The translations under genes were made by a program, and so were the position numbers. From positions 186,001-250,000 of the forward strand of contig NIVC01001255.1 in the NCBI GenBank assembly GCA_002269645.1: DNA of 64,000 nucleotides, written 5' to 3'. Source of the DNA: Macrostomum lignano (Eukaryota). Each line of letters begins with the position of its first letter. Position 1 is the first letter of the stretch. Under the pieces are notes generated by a model. That model saw nothing but the letters and a program-made list of their open reading frames with translations. It was not told the DNA's origin and searched no databases. This document shows, in pieces, positions 48,351 to 62,183 of this stretch.

Positions 48351-51300
48351 TGTGTCAGGAGAGGGTTGAGGTGTCAGGAGAGGGTTGAGGTGTCAGGAGA
48401 GGGCTGAGGTGTCAGGAGAGGGTTGAGGTGTCAGGAGAGGGTTGAGGTGTCAGAGAGGGTTGAGGTGTCAGGAGAGGGTTGAGGTGTCAGGAGAGGGTTG
48501 AGGCGTCAGGAGAGGGTTGAGGCGTCAGGAGAGGGTTGAGGTGTCAGGAGAGTATGAGTGACAGGAGAATATGGGTATCAGGAGAGTATGATTGTCAGGA
48601 GAGTATGGTTGTCAGGAGAGTATGGTTGTCAGGAGAGTATGGGTGTCAGGAGAATATGGGTGTCAGGAGAGTACGGGTGTCAGGAGAGTATGGTTGTCAT
48701 GAGAGTATGGGTGTCAAGAGAATATGGGTGTCAGGAGAGTACGGGTGTCAGGAGAGTATGGGTGTCAGGAGAGTACGGGTGTCAGGAGAGTATGGTTGTC
48801 AGGAGAGTATGGGTGTCAAGAGAATATGGGTGTCAGGAGAGTACGGGTGTCAGGAGAGTATGGTTGTCAGGAGAGTATGGGTGTCAGGAGAGTATGGTTG
48901 TCAGGAGAGTATGGGTGTCGGGAGAATATGGGTGTCAGGAGAGTACGGGTGTCAGGAGAGTATGGGTGTCAGGAGAGTATGGGTGTCAGGAGAGTACGGG
49001 TGTCAGGAGAGTATGGTTGTCAGGAGAGTATGGGTGTCAGGAGAATATGGGTGTCAGGAGAGTACGGGTGTCAGGAGAGTATGGGTGTCAGGAGAATATG
49101 GGTGTCAGGAGAGTACGGGTGTCAGGAGAGTATGGTTGTCAGGAGAGTACGGGTGTCAGGAGAGTATGGTAGTCAGGAGAGTACGGGTGTCAGGAGAATA
49201 TGGGTGTCAGGAGAGTATGGGTGTCAGGAGAATATGGGTGTCAGGAGAGTACGGGTGTCAGGAGAGTATGGTTGTCAGGAGAGTATGGGTGTCAGGAGAA
49301 TATGGGTGTCAGGAGAGTACGGGTGTCAGGAGAGTATGGTTGTCATGAGAGTATGGGTGTCAAGAGAATATGGGTGTCAGGAGAGTACGGGTGTCAGGAG
49401 AGTATGGTTGTCAGGAGAGTACGGGTGTCAGGAGAGTATGGTTGTCAGGAGAGTATGGGTGTCAGGAGAATATGGGTGTCAGGAGAGTACGGGTGTCAGG
49501 AGAGTATGGGTGTCAGGAGAGTATGGGTGTCAGGAGAGTATGGTTGTCAGGAGAGTATGGGTGTCAGGAGAATATGGGTGTCAGGAGAGTACGGGTGTCA
49601 GGAGAGTATGGTTGTCAGGAGAGTATGGGTGTCAAGAGAATATGGGTGTCGGGTGTCAGGAGAGTATGGTTGTCAGGAGAGTATGGTTGTCAGGAGAGTA
49701 TGGGTGTCAGGAGAGTATGGGTGTCAGGAGAGTACGGGTGTCAGGAGAGTATGGTTGTCAGGAGAGTATGGGTGTCAGGAGAATATGGGTGTCAGGAGAG
49801 TACGGGTGTCAGGAGAGTATGGGTGTCAGGAGAATATGGGTGTCAGGAGAGTACGGGTGTCAGGAGAGTATGGTTGTCAGGAGAGTACGGGTGTCAGGAG
49901 AGTATGGTAGTCAGGAGAGTACGGGTGTCAGGAGAATATGGGTGTCAGGAGAGTATGGGTGTCAGGAGAATATGGGTGTCAGGAGAGTACGGGTGTCAGG
50001 AGAGTATGGTTGTCAGGAGAGTATGGGTGTCAGGAGAATATGGGTGTCAGGAGAGTACGGGTGTCAGGAGAGTATGGTTGTCATGAGAGTATGGGTGTCA
50101 AGAGAATATGGGTGTCAGGAGAGTACGGGTGTCAGGAGAGTATGGTTGTCAGGAGAGTACGGGTGTCAGGAGAGTATGGTTGTCAGGAGAGTATGGGTGT
50201 CAGGAGAATATGGGTGTCAGGAGAGTACGGGTGTCAGGAGAGTATGGGTGTCAGGAGAGTATGGGTGTCAGGAGAGTACGGGTGTCAGGAGAGTATGGTT
50301 GTCAGGAGAGTATGGGTGTCAGGAGAATATGGGTGTCAGGAGAGTACGGGTGTCAGGAGAGTATGGGTGTCAGGAGAATATGGGTGTCAGGAGAGTACGG
50401 GTGTCAGGAGAGTATGGTTGTCAGGAGAGTACGGGTGTCAGGAGAGTATGGTAGTCAGGAGAGTACGGGTGTCAGGAGAATATGGTGTCAGGAGAGTATG
50501 GGTGTCAGGAGAATATGGGTGTCAGGAGAGTACGGGTGTCAGGAGAGTATGGTTGTCAGGAGAGTATGGGTGTCAGGAGAATATGGGTGTCAGGAGAGTA
50601 CGGGTGTCAGGAGAGTATGGTTGTCAGAGAGTATGGGTGTCAAGAGAATATGGGTGTCAGGAGAGTACGGGTGTCAGGAGAGTATGGTTGTCAGGAGAGT
50701 ACGGGTGTCAGGAGAGTATGGTTGTCAGGAGAGTATGGGTGTCAGGAGAATATGGGTGTCAGGAGAGTACGGGTGTCAGGAGAGTATGGGTGTCAGGAGA
50801 GTATGGGTGTCAGGAGAGTATGGTTGTCAGGAGAGTATGGGTGTCAGGAGAATATGGGTGTCAGGAGAGTACGGGTGTCAGGAGAGTATGGTTGTCAGGA
50901 GAGTATGGGTGTCAGGAGAATATGGGTGTCAGGAGAGTACGGGTGTCAGGAGAGTATGGGTGTCAGGAGAATATGGGTGTCAGGAGAGTACGGGTGTCAG
51001 GAGAGTATGGTTGTCAGAGAGTATGGGTGTCAGGAGAATATGGGTGTCAGGAGAGTACGGGTGTCAGGAGAGTATGGGTGTCAGGAGAGTACGGGTGTCA
51101 GGAGAGTATGGTTGTCAGGAGAGTATGGGTGTCAAGAGAATATGGGTGTCAGGAGAGTACGGGTGTCAGGAGAGTATGGGTGTCAGGAGAGTATGGGTGT
51201 CAGGAGAGTATGGTTGTCAGGAGAGTATGGGTGTCAGGAGAATATGGGTGTCAGGAGAGTACGGGTGTCAGGAGAGTATGGTTGTCAGAGAGTATGGGTG

Positions 51301-54300
51301 TCAAGAGAATATGGGTGTCGGGTGTCAGGAGAGTATGGTTGTCAGGAGAGTATGGTTGTCAGGAGAGTATGGGTGTCAGGAGAGTATGGGTGTCAGGAGA
51401 GTACGGGTGTCAGGAGAGTATGGTTGTCAGGAGAGTATGGGTGTCAGGAGAATATGGGTGTCAGGAGAGTATGGGTGTCAGGAGAGTATGGGTGTCAGGA
51501 GAGTATGGGTGTCAGGAGAGTATGGGTGTCAGGAGAGTATGGGTGTCAGGAGAGTATGGGTGTCAGGAGAGTATGGGTGTCAGGAGAGTATGGGTGTCAG
51601 GAGAATATGGGTGTCAGGAGAGTACGGGTGTCAGGAGAGTATGGTTGTCAGGAGAGTACGGGTGTCAGGAGAGTATGGTGTCAGGAGAGTATGGGTGTCA
51701 GGAGAGTATGGTGTCAGGAGAGTACGGGTGTCAGGAGAGTATGGTTGTCAGGAGAGTATGGGTGTCAGGAGAGAATATGGTGTCAGGAGAGTATGGGTGT
51801 CAGGAGAGTATGGTGTCAGGAGAGTATGGGTGTCAGGAGAGTATGGTTGTCAGGAGAGTATGGGTGTCAGAGAATATGGGTGTCAGGAGAGTATGGTGTC
51901 AGGAGAGTATGGTTGTCAGGAGAGTATGGGTGTCAGGAGAGTATGGGTGTCAGGAGAGTACGGGTGTCAGGAGAGTATGGTTGTCAGGAGAGTATGGGTG
52001 TCAGGAGAGTATGGGTGTCAGGAGAGTACGGGTGTCAGGAGAGTATGGGTGTCAGGAGAGTATGGGTGTCAGGAGAGTACGGGTGTCAGGAGAGTATGGT
52101 TGTCAGGAGAGTACGGGTGTCAGGAGAATATGGGTGTCAGGAGAGTACGGGTGTCAGGAGAATATGGGTGTCAGGAGAGTATGGGTGTCAGGAGAATATG
52201 GGTGTCAGGAGAGTACGGGTGTCAGGAGAGTATGGTTGTCAGGAGAGTATGGGTGTCAGGAGAATATGGGTGTCAGGAGAGTACGGGTGTCAGGAGAGTA
52301 TGGTTGTCAGGAGAGTATGGGTGTCAGGAGAATATGGGTGTCAGGAGAGTACGGGTGTCAGGAGAGTATGGTTGTCAGGAGAGTATGGGTGTCAGGAGAG
52401 AATATGGGTGTCAGGAGAGTATGGGTGTCAGGAGAATATGGGTGTCAGGAGAGTACGGGTGTCAGGAGAGTATGGTTGTCAGGAGAGTATGGGTGTCAGG
52501 AGAATATGGGTGTCAGGAGAGTATGGGTGTCAGGAGAGTATGGGTGTCAGGAGAATATGGGTGTCAGGAGAGTATGGGTGTCAGGAGAATATGGGTGTCA
52601 GGAGAGTATGGGTGTCAGGAGAATATGGGTGTCAGGAGAGTATGGGTGTCAGGAGAGTATGGGTGTCAGGAGAGTATGGGTGTCAGGAGAATATGGGTGT
52701 CAGGAGAGTACGGGTGTCAGGAGAGATGGGTGTCAGGAGAGATGAGGTGTCAGGAGATATGGGTGTCAGGAGAGAACTGGGTGTCAGGAGATGGGTGTCA
52801 GGAGAGAACTGAGGTGTCAGGAGTATGGGTGTCAGGAGAGTATGGGTGTCAGGAGAGTATGGGTGTCAGGAGAGTACGTGTGTCAGAAGATAGTACGGGT
52901 GTCAGGAGAGTATGGGTGTCAGGAGAGAACTAAGTTGTCAGGAGAGTACGGCTGTCAGGAGAGTACGGTGTCAGGAGAGTTCGGGTGTCAGGAGAGTACG
53001 GGTGTCAGGAGAGTACGGGTGTCAGGAGAGTATGGGTGTCAGGAGAGTATGGTTGTCAGGAGAGTATGGGTGTCAGGAGAATATGGGTGTCAGGAGAGTA
53101 TGGATGTCAGGAGAATATGGGTGTCAGGAGAGTACGGGTGTCAGGAGAGTATGGTTGTCAGGAGAGTATGGGTGTCAGGAGAATATGGGTGTCAGGAGAG
53201 TACGGGTGTCAGGAGAGTATGGTTGTCATGAGAGTATGGGTGTCAAGAGAATATGGGTGTCAGGAGAGTATGGTTGTCAGGAGAGTATGGTTGTCAGGAG
53301 AGTATGGGTGTCAGGAGAGTATGGTAGTCAGGAGAGTACGGGTGTCAGGAGAGTATGGTTGTCAGGAGAGTATGGGTGTCAGGAGAATATGGGTGTCAGG
53401 AGAGTACGGGTGTCAGGAGAGTATGGGTGTCAGGAGAATATGGGTGTCAGGAGAGTACGGGTGTCAGGAGAGTATGGTTGTCAGGAGAGTACGGGTGTCA
53501 GGAGAGTATGGTTGTCAGGAGAGTATGGGTGTCAGGAGAATATGGGTGTCAGGAGAGTATGGGTGTCAGGAGAGTACGGGTGTCAGGAGAGTATGGTTGT
53601 CAGGAGAGTATGGGTGTCAGGAGAATATGGGTGTCAGGGGAGTATGGATGTCAGGAGAATATGGGTGTCAGGAGAATATGGGTGTCAGGAGAGTATGGTA
53701 GTCAGGAGAGTATGGGTGTCAGGAGAATATGGGTGTCAGGAGAGTATGGATGTCATGAGAGTATGGGTGTCAAGAGAATATGGGTGTCGGGTGTCAGGAG
53801 AGTATGGTGTCAGGAGAGTATGGTTGTCAGGAGAGTATGGGTGTCAGGAGAGTATGGGTGTCAGGAGAGTACGGGTGTCAGGAGAGTATGGTTGTCAGGA
53901 GAGTATGGGTGTCAGGAGAATATGGGTGTCAGGAGAGTACGGGTGTCAGGAGAGTATGGTTGTCAGGAGAGTATGGGTGTCAGAGAATATGGGTGTCAGG
54001 AGAGTACGGGTGTCAGGAGAGTATGGTTGTCAGGAGAGTATGGGTGTCAGGAGAGTATGGTTGTCAGGAGAGTATGGGTGTCAGGAGAGTATGGTTGTCA
54101 GGAGAGTATGGTGTCAGGAGAGTATGGGTGTCAGGAGAGTATGGGTGTCAGGAGAGTACGGGTGTCAGGAGAGTATGGTTGTCAGGAGAGTATGGGTGTC
54201 AGGAGAATATGGGTGTCAGGAGAGTACGGGTGTCAGGAGAGTATGGGTGTCAGGAGAATATGGGTGTCAGGAGAGTACGGGTGTCAGGAGAGTATGGTTG

Positions 54301-57300
54301 TCAGGAGAGTACGGGTGTCAGGAGAGTATGGTAGTCAGGAGAGTACGGGTGTCAGGAGAATATGGGTGTCAGGAGAGTATGGGTGTCAGGAGAATATGGG
54401 TGTCAGGAGAGTACGGGTGTCAGGAGAGTATGGTTGTCAGGAGAGTATGGGTGTCAGGAGAATATGGGTGTCAGGAGAGTACGGGTGTCAGGAGAGTATG
54501 GTTGTCATGGAGAGTATGGGTGTCAGAGAATATGGGTGTCAGGAGAGTACGGGTGTCAGGAGAGTATGGTTGTCAGGAGAGTACGGGTGTCAGGAGAGTA
54601 TGGGTGTCAGGAGAGTATGGGTGTCAGGAGAATATGGGTGTCAGGAGAGTACGGGTGTCAGGAGAGTATGGTGTCAGGAGAGTATGGGTGTCAGGAGAAT
54701 ATGGGTGTCAGGAGAGTATGGGTGTCAGGAGAGTATGGGTGTCAGGAGAGTATGGGTGTCAGGAGAATATGGGTGTCAGGAGAGTATGGGTGTCAGGAGA
54801 GTATGGGTGTCAGGAGAATATGGGTGTCAGGAGAGTATGGGTGTCAGGAGAGTATGGGTGTCAGGAGAGTATGGGTGTCAGGAGAATATGGGTGTCAGGA
54901 GAGTACGGGTGTCAGGAGAGTATGGGTGTCAGGAGAGTATGGGTGTCAGGAGATATGGGTGTCAGGAGAGTACTGGGTGTCAGGAGATGGGTGTCAGGAG
55001 AGAACTGAGGTGTCAGGAGTATGGGTGTCAGGAGAGTATGGGTGTCAGGAGAGTATGGGTGTCAGGAGAGTATGGGTGTCAGGAAGTATGGGTGTCAGGA
55101 GAGTATGGGTGTCAGGAGAGATATGGGTGTCAGGAGAGTACGGTGTCAGGAGAGTACGGGTGTCAGGAGAGTATGGGTGTCAGGAGAGTACGGGTTGTCA
55201 GGAGAGTACGGGTGTCAGGAGAGTATGGGTGTCAGGAGAGTATGGTGTCAGGAGAGTATGGGTGTCAGGAGAGTATGGGTGTCAGGAGAGTATGGGTGTC
55301 AGGAGAGTATGGTGTCAGGAGAGTATGGGTGTCAGGAGAGTATGGGTGTCAGGAGAGTATGGGTGTCAGGAGAATATGGGTGTCAGGAGAGTACGGGTGT
55401 CAGGAGAGTATGGTTGTCAGGAGAGTATGGGTGTCAGGAGAATATGGGTGTCAGGAGAGTACGGGTGTCAGGAGAGTATGGTTGTCAGGAGAGTATGGGT
55501 GTCAGGAGAATATGGGTGTCAGGAGAGTATGGTTGTCAGGAGAGTATGGGTGTCAGGAGAGTATGGGTGTCAGGAGAGTATGGTGTCAGGAGAGTATGGG
55601 TGTCAGGAGAATATGGGTGTCAGGAGAGTACGGGTGTCAGGAGAGTATGGGTGTCAGGAGAGTATGGGTGTCAGGAGAGTACGGGTGTCAGGAGAGTATG
55701 GGTGTCAGGAGAGTATGGGTGTCAGGAGAGTATGGGTGTCAGGAGAGTACGGGTGTCAGGAGAGTATGGGTGTCAGGAGAGTATGGGTGTCAGGAGAGTA
55801 TGGGTGTCAGGAGAGTATGGTGTCAGGAGAGTATGGGTGTCAGGAGAGTATGGGTGTCAGGAGAGTATGGTGTCAGGAGAATATGGGTGTCAGGAGAGTA
55901 TGGGTGTCAGGAGAGTATGGTGTCAGAGAGTATGGGTGTCAGGAGAGTATGGTGTCAGGAGAGTATGGTGTCAGGAGAGTATGGGTGTCAGGAGAGTATG
56001 GGTGTCAGGAGAGTATGGGTGTCAGGAGAGTATGGTTGTCAGGAGAGTATGGGTGTCAGGAGAATATGGGTGTCAGGAGAGTACGGGTGTCAGGAGAGTA
56101 TGGTTGTCAGGAGAGTATGGGTGTCAGGAGAATATGGGTGTCAGGAGAGTACGGGTGTCAGGAGAGTATGGTTGTCAGGAGAGTATGGGTGTCAGGAGAG
56201 TATGGTTGTCAGGAGAGTATGGGTGTCGGGTGTCAGGAGAGTATGGTTGTCAGGAGAGTATGGTTGTCAGGAGAGTATGGGTGTCAGGAGAGTATGGGTG
56301 TCAGGAGAGTACGGGTGTCAGGAGAGTATGGTTGTCAGGAGAGTATGGGTGTCAGGAGAATATGGGTGTCAGGAGAGTACGGGTGTCAGGAGAGTATGGG
56401 TGTCAGGAGAGTATGGGTGTCAGGAGAGTACGGGTGTCAGGAGAGTATGGTGTCAGGAGAGTATGGGTGTCAGGAGAGTATGGTGTCAGGAGAGTACGGG
56501 TGTCAGGAGAGTATGGGTGTCAGGAGAGTATGGGTGTCAGGAGAGTACGGGTGTCAGGAGAGTATGGTGTCAGGAGAGTATGGGTGTCAGGAGAATATGG
56601 GTGTCAGGAGAGTATGGGTGTCAGGAGAATATGGGTGTCAGGAGAGTACGGGTGTCAGGAGAGTATGGTTGTCAGGAGAGTATGGGTGTCAGGAGAATAT
56701 GGGTGTCAGGAGAGTATGGTGTCAGGAGAGTATGGTGTCAGGAGAGTATGGGTGTCAGGAGAGTATGGGTGTCAGGAGAATATGGGTGTCAGGAGAGTAC
56801 GGGTGTCAGGAGAGTATGGTTGTCAGGAGAGTATGGGTGTCAGGAGAGTATGGTGTCAGGAGAGTACGGGTGTCAGGAGAGTATGGTTGTCAGGAGAGTA
56901 TGGGTGTCAGGAGAGTATGGGTGTCAGGAGAGTATGGTTCAGGAGAGTATGGGTGTCAGGAGAATATGGGTGTCAGGAGAGTATGGTGTCAGGAGAATAT
57001 GGGTGTCAGGAGAGTACGGGTGTCAGGAGAGTATGGTTGTCAGGAGAGTATGGGTGTCAGGAAGAATATGGGTGTCAGGAGAGTATGGTGTCAGGAGAGT
57101 ACGGGTGTCAGGAGAGTATGGGTGTCAGGAGAGTATGGGTGTCAGGAGAATATGGGTGTCAGGAGAGTACGGGTGTCAGGAGAGTATGGTGTCAGGAGAG
57201 TATGGGTGTCAGGAGAATATGGGTGTCAGGAGAGTATGGGTGTCAGGAGAGTATGGGTGTCAGGAGAATATGGGTGTCAGGAGAGTATGGGTGTCAGGAG

Positions 57301-60300
57301 AATATGGGTGTCAGGAGAGTATGGGTGTCAGGAGAATATGGGTGTCAGGAGAGTACGGGTGTCAGGAGAGTATGGTTGTCAGGAGAGTATGGGTGTCAGG
57401 AGAATATGGGTGTCAGGAGAGTACGGGTGTCAGGAGAGATGGGTGTCAGGAGATGGGTGTCAGGAGATATGGGTGTCAGGAGAGTAGGGTGTCAGGAGTA
57501 TGGGTGTCAGGAGAGAACTGGGTGTCAGGAGAGTATGGGTGTCAGGAGAGTATGGGTGTCAGGAGAGTATGGGTGTCAGGAGAGTATGTGTCAGGAAGAT
57601 ATGGGTGTCAGGAGAGTATGGGTGTCAGGAGAGTATGGTGTCAGGAGAGTACGGGTGTCAGGAGAGTATGGTGTCAGGAGAGTATGGGTGTCAGGAGAGT
57701 ACGGGTGTCAGGAGAGTACGGGTGTCAGGAGAGTATGGGTGTCAGGAGAGTATGGTTGTCAGGAGAGTATGGGTGTCAGGAGAATACGGGTGTCAGGAGA
57801 GTATGGTGTCAGGAGAGTATGGGTGTCAGGAGAATATGGGTGTCAGGAGAGTACGGGTGTCAGGAGAGTATGGTTGTCAGGAGAGTATGGGTGTCAGGAG
57901 AGTATGGGTGTCAGGAGAGTATGGGTGTCAGGAGAGTACGGGTGTCAGGAGAGTATGGTTGTCAGGAGAGTATGGGTGTCAGAGAATATGGGTGTCGGGT
58001 GTCAGGAGAGTATGGTTGTCAGGAGAGTATGGTGTCAGGAGAGTATGGGTGTCAGGAGAGTATGGGTGTCAGGAGAGTATGGGTGTCAGGAGAGTATGGT
58101 GTCAGGAGAGTATGGGTGTCAGGAGAATATGGGTGTCAGGAGAGTACGGGTGTCAGGAGAGTATGGGTGTCAGGAGAATATGGGTGTCAGGAGAGTACGG
58201 GTGTCAGGAGAGTATGGTGTCAGGAGAGTACGGGTGTCAGGAGAGTATGGTAGTCAGGAGAGTATGGTAGTCAGGAGAGTACGGGTGTCAGGAGAATATG
58301 GGTGTCAGGAGAGTATGGGTGTCAGGAGAGTACGGGTGTCAGGAGAGTATGGTTGTCAGGAGAGTATGGGTGTCAGGAGAATATGGGTGTCAGGAGAGTA
58401 TGGTGTCAGGAGAATATGGGTGTCAGGAGAGTACGGGTGTCAGGAGAGTATGGTTGTCAGGAGAGTATGGGTGTCAGGAGAATATGGGTGTCAGGAGAGT
58501 ATGGGTGTCAGGAGAATATGGGTGTCAGGAGAGTACGGGTGTCAGGAGAGTATGGTTGTCAGGAGAGTACGGGTGTCAGGAGAGTATGGTAGTCAGGAGA
58601 GTACGGGTGTCAGGAGAGTATGGTTGTCAGGAGAGTATGGGTGTCAAGAGAATATGGGTGTCAGGAGAGTATGGTTGTCAGGAGAGTATGGGTGTCAGGA
58701 GAATATGGGTGTCAGGAGAGTATGGTTGTCAGGAGAATATGGGTGTCAGGAGAGTACGGGTGTCAGGAGAGTATGGTTGTCAGGAGAATATGGGTGTCAG
58801 GAGAGTACGGGTGTCAGGAGAGTATGGTTGTCAGGAGAGTACGGGTGTCAGGAGAGTATGGTTGTCAGGAGAGTATGGGTGTCAGAGAATATGGGTGTCA
58901 GGAGAGTACGGGTGTCAGGAGAGTATGGTGTCAGGAGAGTACGGGTGTCAGGAGAGTATGGTTGTCAGGAGAGTATGGGTGTCAGGAGAATATGGGTGTC
59001 AGGAGAGTACGGGTGTCAGGAGAGTATGGGTGTCAGGAGAGTATGGGTGTCAGGAGAGTATGGTGTCAGGAGAGTATGGGTGTCAGGAGAATATGGGTGT
59101 CAGGAGAGTATGGGTGTCAGGAGAGTATGGGTGTCAGGAGAGTATGGGTGTCAGGAGAATATGGGTGTCAGGAGAGTACGGGTGTCAGGAGAGTATGGGT
59201 GTCAGGAGAATATGGGTGTCAGGAGAGTACGGGTGTCAGGAGAGTATGGTTGTCAGGAGAGTATGGGTGTCAGAGAATATGGGTGTCAGGAGAGTACGGG
59301 TGTCAGGAGAGTATGGGTGTCAGGAGAGTACGGGTGTCAGGAGAGTATGGTTGTCAGGAGAGTATGGGTGTCAAGAGAATATGGGTGTCAGGAGAGTACG
59401 GGTGTCAGGAGAGTATGGTTGTCAGGAGAGTATGGGTGTCAGGAGAGTATGGTGTCAGGAGAGTATGGGTGTCAGGAGAATATGGGTGTCAGGAGAGTAC
59501 GGGTGTCAGGAGAGTATGGTTGTCAGGAGAGTATGGGTGTCAAGAGAATATGGGTGTCGGGTGTCAGGAGAGTATGGTTGTCAGGAGAGTATGGTGTCAG
59601 GAGAGTATGGGTGTCAGGAGAGTATGGGTGTCAGGAGAGTACGGGTGTCAGGAGAGTATGGTTGTCAGGAGAGTATGGGTGTCAGGAGAATATGGGTGTC
59701 AGGAGAGTACGGGTGTCAGGAGAGTATGGGTGTCAGGAGAGTATGGGTGTCAGGAGAGTACGTGTCAGGAGAGTATGGTGTCAGGAGAGTATGGGTGTCA
59801 GGAGAGTATGGTGTCAGGAGAGTACGGGTGTCAGGAGAGTATGGTGTCAGGAGAGTATGGGTGTCAGGAGAATATGGGTGTCAGGAGAGTACGGGTGTCA
59901 GGAGAGTATGGTTGTCAGGAGAGTATGGGTGTCAGGAGAATATGGGTGTCAGGAGAGTACGGGTGTCAGGAGAGTATGGTTGTCAGGAGAGTATGGGTGT
60001 CAAGAGAATATGGGTGTCAGGAGAGTACGGGTGTCAGGAGAGTATGGTTGTCAGGAGAGTACGGGTGTCAGGAGAGTATGGTTGTCAGGAGAGTATGGGT
60101 GTCAGGAGAATATGGGTGTCAGGAGAGTACGGGTGTCAGGAGAGTATGGGTGTCAGGAGAGTATGGGTGTCAGGAGAGTATGGTTGTCAGGAGAGTATGG
60201 GTGTCAGGAGAATATGGTGTCAGGAGAGTATGGGTGTCAGGAGAATATGGGTGTCAGGAGAGTACGGGTGTCAGGAGAGTATGGTTGTCAGGAGAGTATG

Positions 60301-62183
60301 GGTGTCAGGAGAATATGGGTGTCAGGAGAGTACGGGTGTCAGGAGAGTATGGTTGTCAGGAGAGTATGGGTGTCAGAGAATATGGGTGTCGGAGAGTGTC
60401 AGGAGAGTATGGTTGTCAGGAGAGTATGGGTGTCAGGAGAGTATGGGTGTCAGGAGAGTATGGGTGTCAGGAGAGTATGGGTGTCAGGAGAGTATGGTGT
60501 CAGGAGAGTATGGGTGTCAGGAGAATATGGTGTCAGGAGAGTACGGGTGTCAGGAGAGTATGGGTGTCAGGAGAGTATGGGTGTCAGGAGAGTATGGGTG
60601 TCAGGAGAGTATGGTTGTCAGGAGAGTACGGGTGTCAGGAGAGTATGGTTGTCAGGAGAGTATGGGTGTCAGGAGAATATGGGTGTCAGGAGAGTATGGG
60701 TGTCAGGAGAGTACGGGTGTCAGGAGAGTATGGTTGTCAGGAGAGTATGGGTGTCAGGAGAATATGGGTGTCAGGAGAGTATGGTGTCAGGAGAGTATGG
60801 GTGTCAGGAGAGTATGGGTGTCAGGAGAGTATGGGTGTCAGGAGAATATGGGTGTCAGGAGAGTATGGGTGTCAGGAGAGTATGGTTGTCAGGAGAGTAT
60901 GGGTGTCAGGAGAGTATGGGTGTCAGGAGAGTATGGGTGTCAGGAGAGTATGGGTTGTCAGGAGAGTATGGGTGTCAGGAGAGTATGGGTGTCAGGAGAG
61001 TATGGTGTCAGGAGAGTATGGGTGTCAGGAGAGTATGGGTGTCAGGAGAGTATGGTTGTCAGGAGAATATGGGTGTCAGGAGAGTATGGGTGTCAGGAGA
61101 GTATGGTTGTCAGGAGAGTATGGGTGTCAGGAGAATATGGGTGTCAGGAGAGTATGGTTGTCAGGAGAGTACGGGTGTCAGGAGAGTATGGGTGTCAGGA
61201 GAGTATGGGTGTCAGGAGAATATGGGTGTCAGGAGAGTATGGGTGTCAGGAGAGTATGGTTGTCAGGAGAGTATGGGTGTCAGGAGAGTATGGTTGTCAG
61301 GAGAGTATGGGTGTCAGGAGAATATGGGTGTCAGGAGAGTATGGTTGTCAGGAGAGTATGGGTGTCAGGAGAATATGGGTGTCAGGAGAGTATGGGTGTC
61401 AGGAGAATATGGGTGTCAGGAGAGTATGGGTGTCAGGAGAATATGGGTGTCAGGAGAGTACGGGTGTCAGGAGAGTATGGTGTCAGGAGAGTATGGGTGT
61501 CAGGAGAATATGGGTGTCAGGAGAGTACGGGTGTCAGGAGAGTATGGTTGTCAGGAGAGTATGGGTGTCAGGAGAATATGGGTGTCAGGAGAGTATGGTG
61601 TCAGGAGAGTATGGGTGTCAGGAGAATATGGGTGTCAGGAGAGTATGGGTGTCAGGAGAATATGGGTGTCAGGAGAGTATGGGTGTCAGGAGAATATGGG
61701 TGTCAGGAGAGTACGGGTGTCAGGAGAGTATGGTTGTCAGGAGAGTATGGGTGTCAGGAGAATATGGGTGTCAGGAGAGTACGGGTGTCAGGAGAGAACT
61801 GAGGTGTCAGGAGAGACTGAGGTGTCAGGAGATATGGGTGTCAGGAGAGAACTGAGGTGTCAGGAGTATGGGTGTCAGGAGAGAACTGAGGTGTCAGGAA
61901 AGTATGGGTGTCAGGAGAGTATGGGTGTCAGGAGAGAGTATGGGTGTCAGGAGAGTACGTGTGTCAGAAGATAGTACGGGTGTCAGGAGAGTATGGGTGT
62001 CAGGAGAGAACTAAGTTGTCAGGAGAGTACGGCTGTCAGGAGAGTACCGGTGTCAGGAGAGTTCGGGTGTCAGGAGAGTACGGGTGTCAGGAGAGTACGG
62101 GTGTCAGGAGAGTACGAGTGTCAGGAGAGTACGGGTGTCAGGAGAGTATGGTTGTCAGGAGAGTACGGGTGTCAGGAGAGTAC
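48351..62183. repeat. 13.8-kb satellite, 17-bp unit (19-bp variant at the left edge)
   Basis: gg(g/t)tgtcaggaga(g/a)ta(t/c), roughly 800 copies; explains all the SGEYGCQESMGVRRVWV ORFs. Confidence 0.99.
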
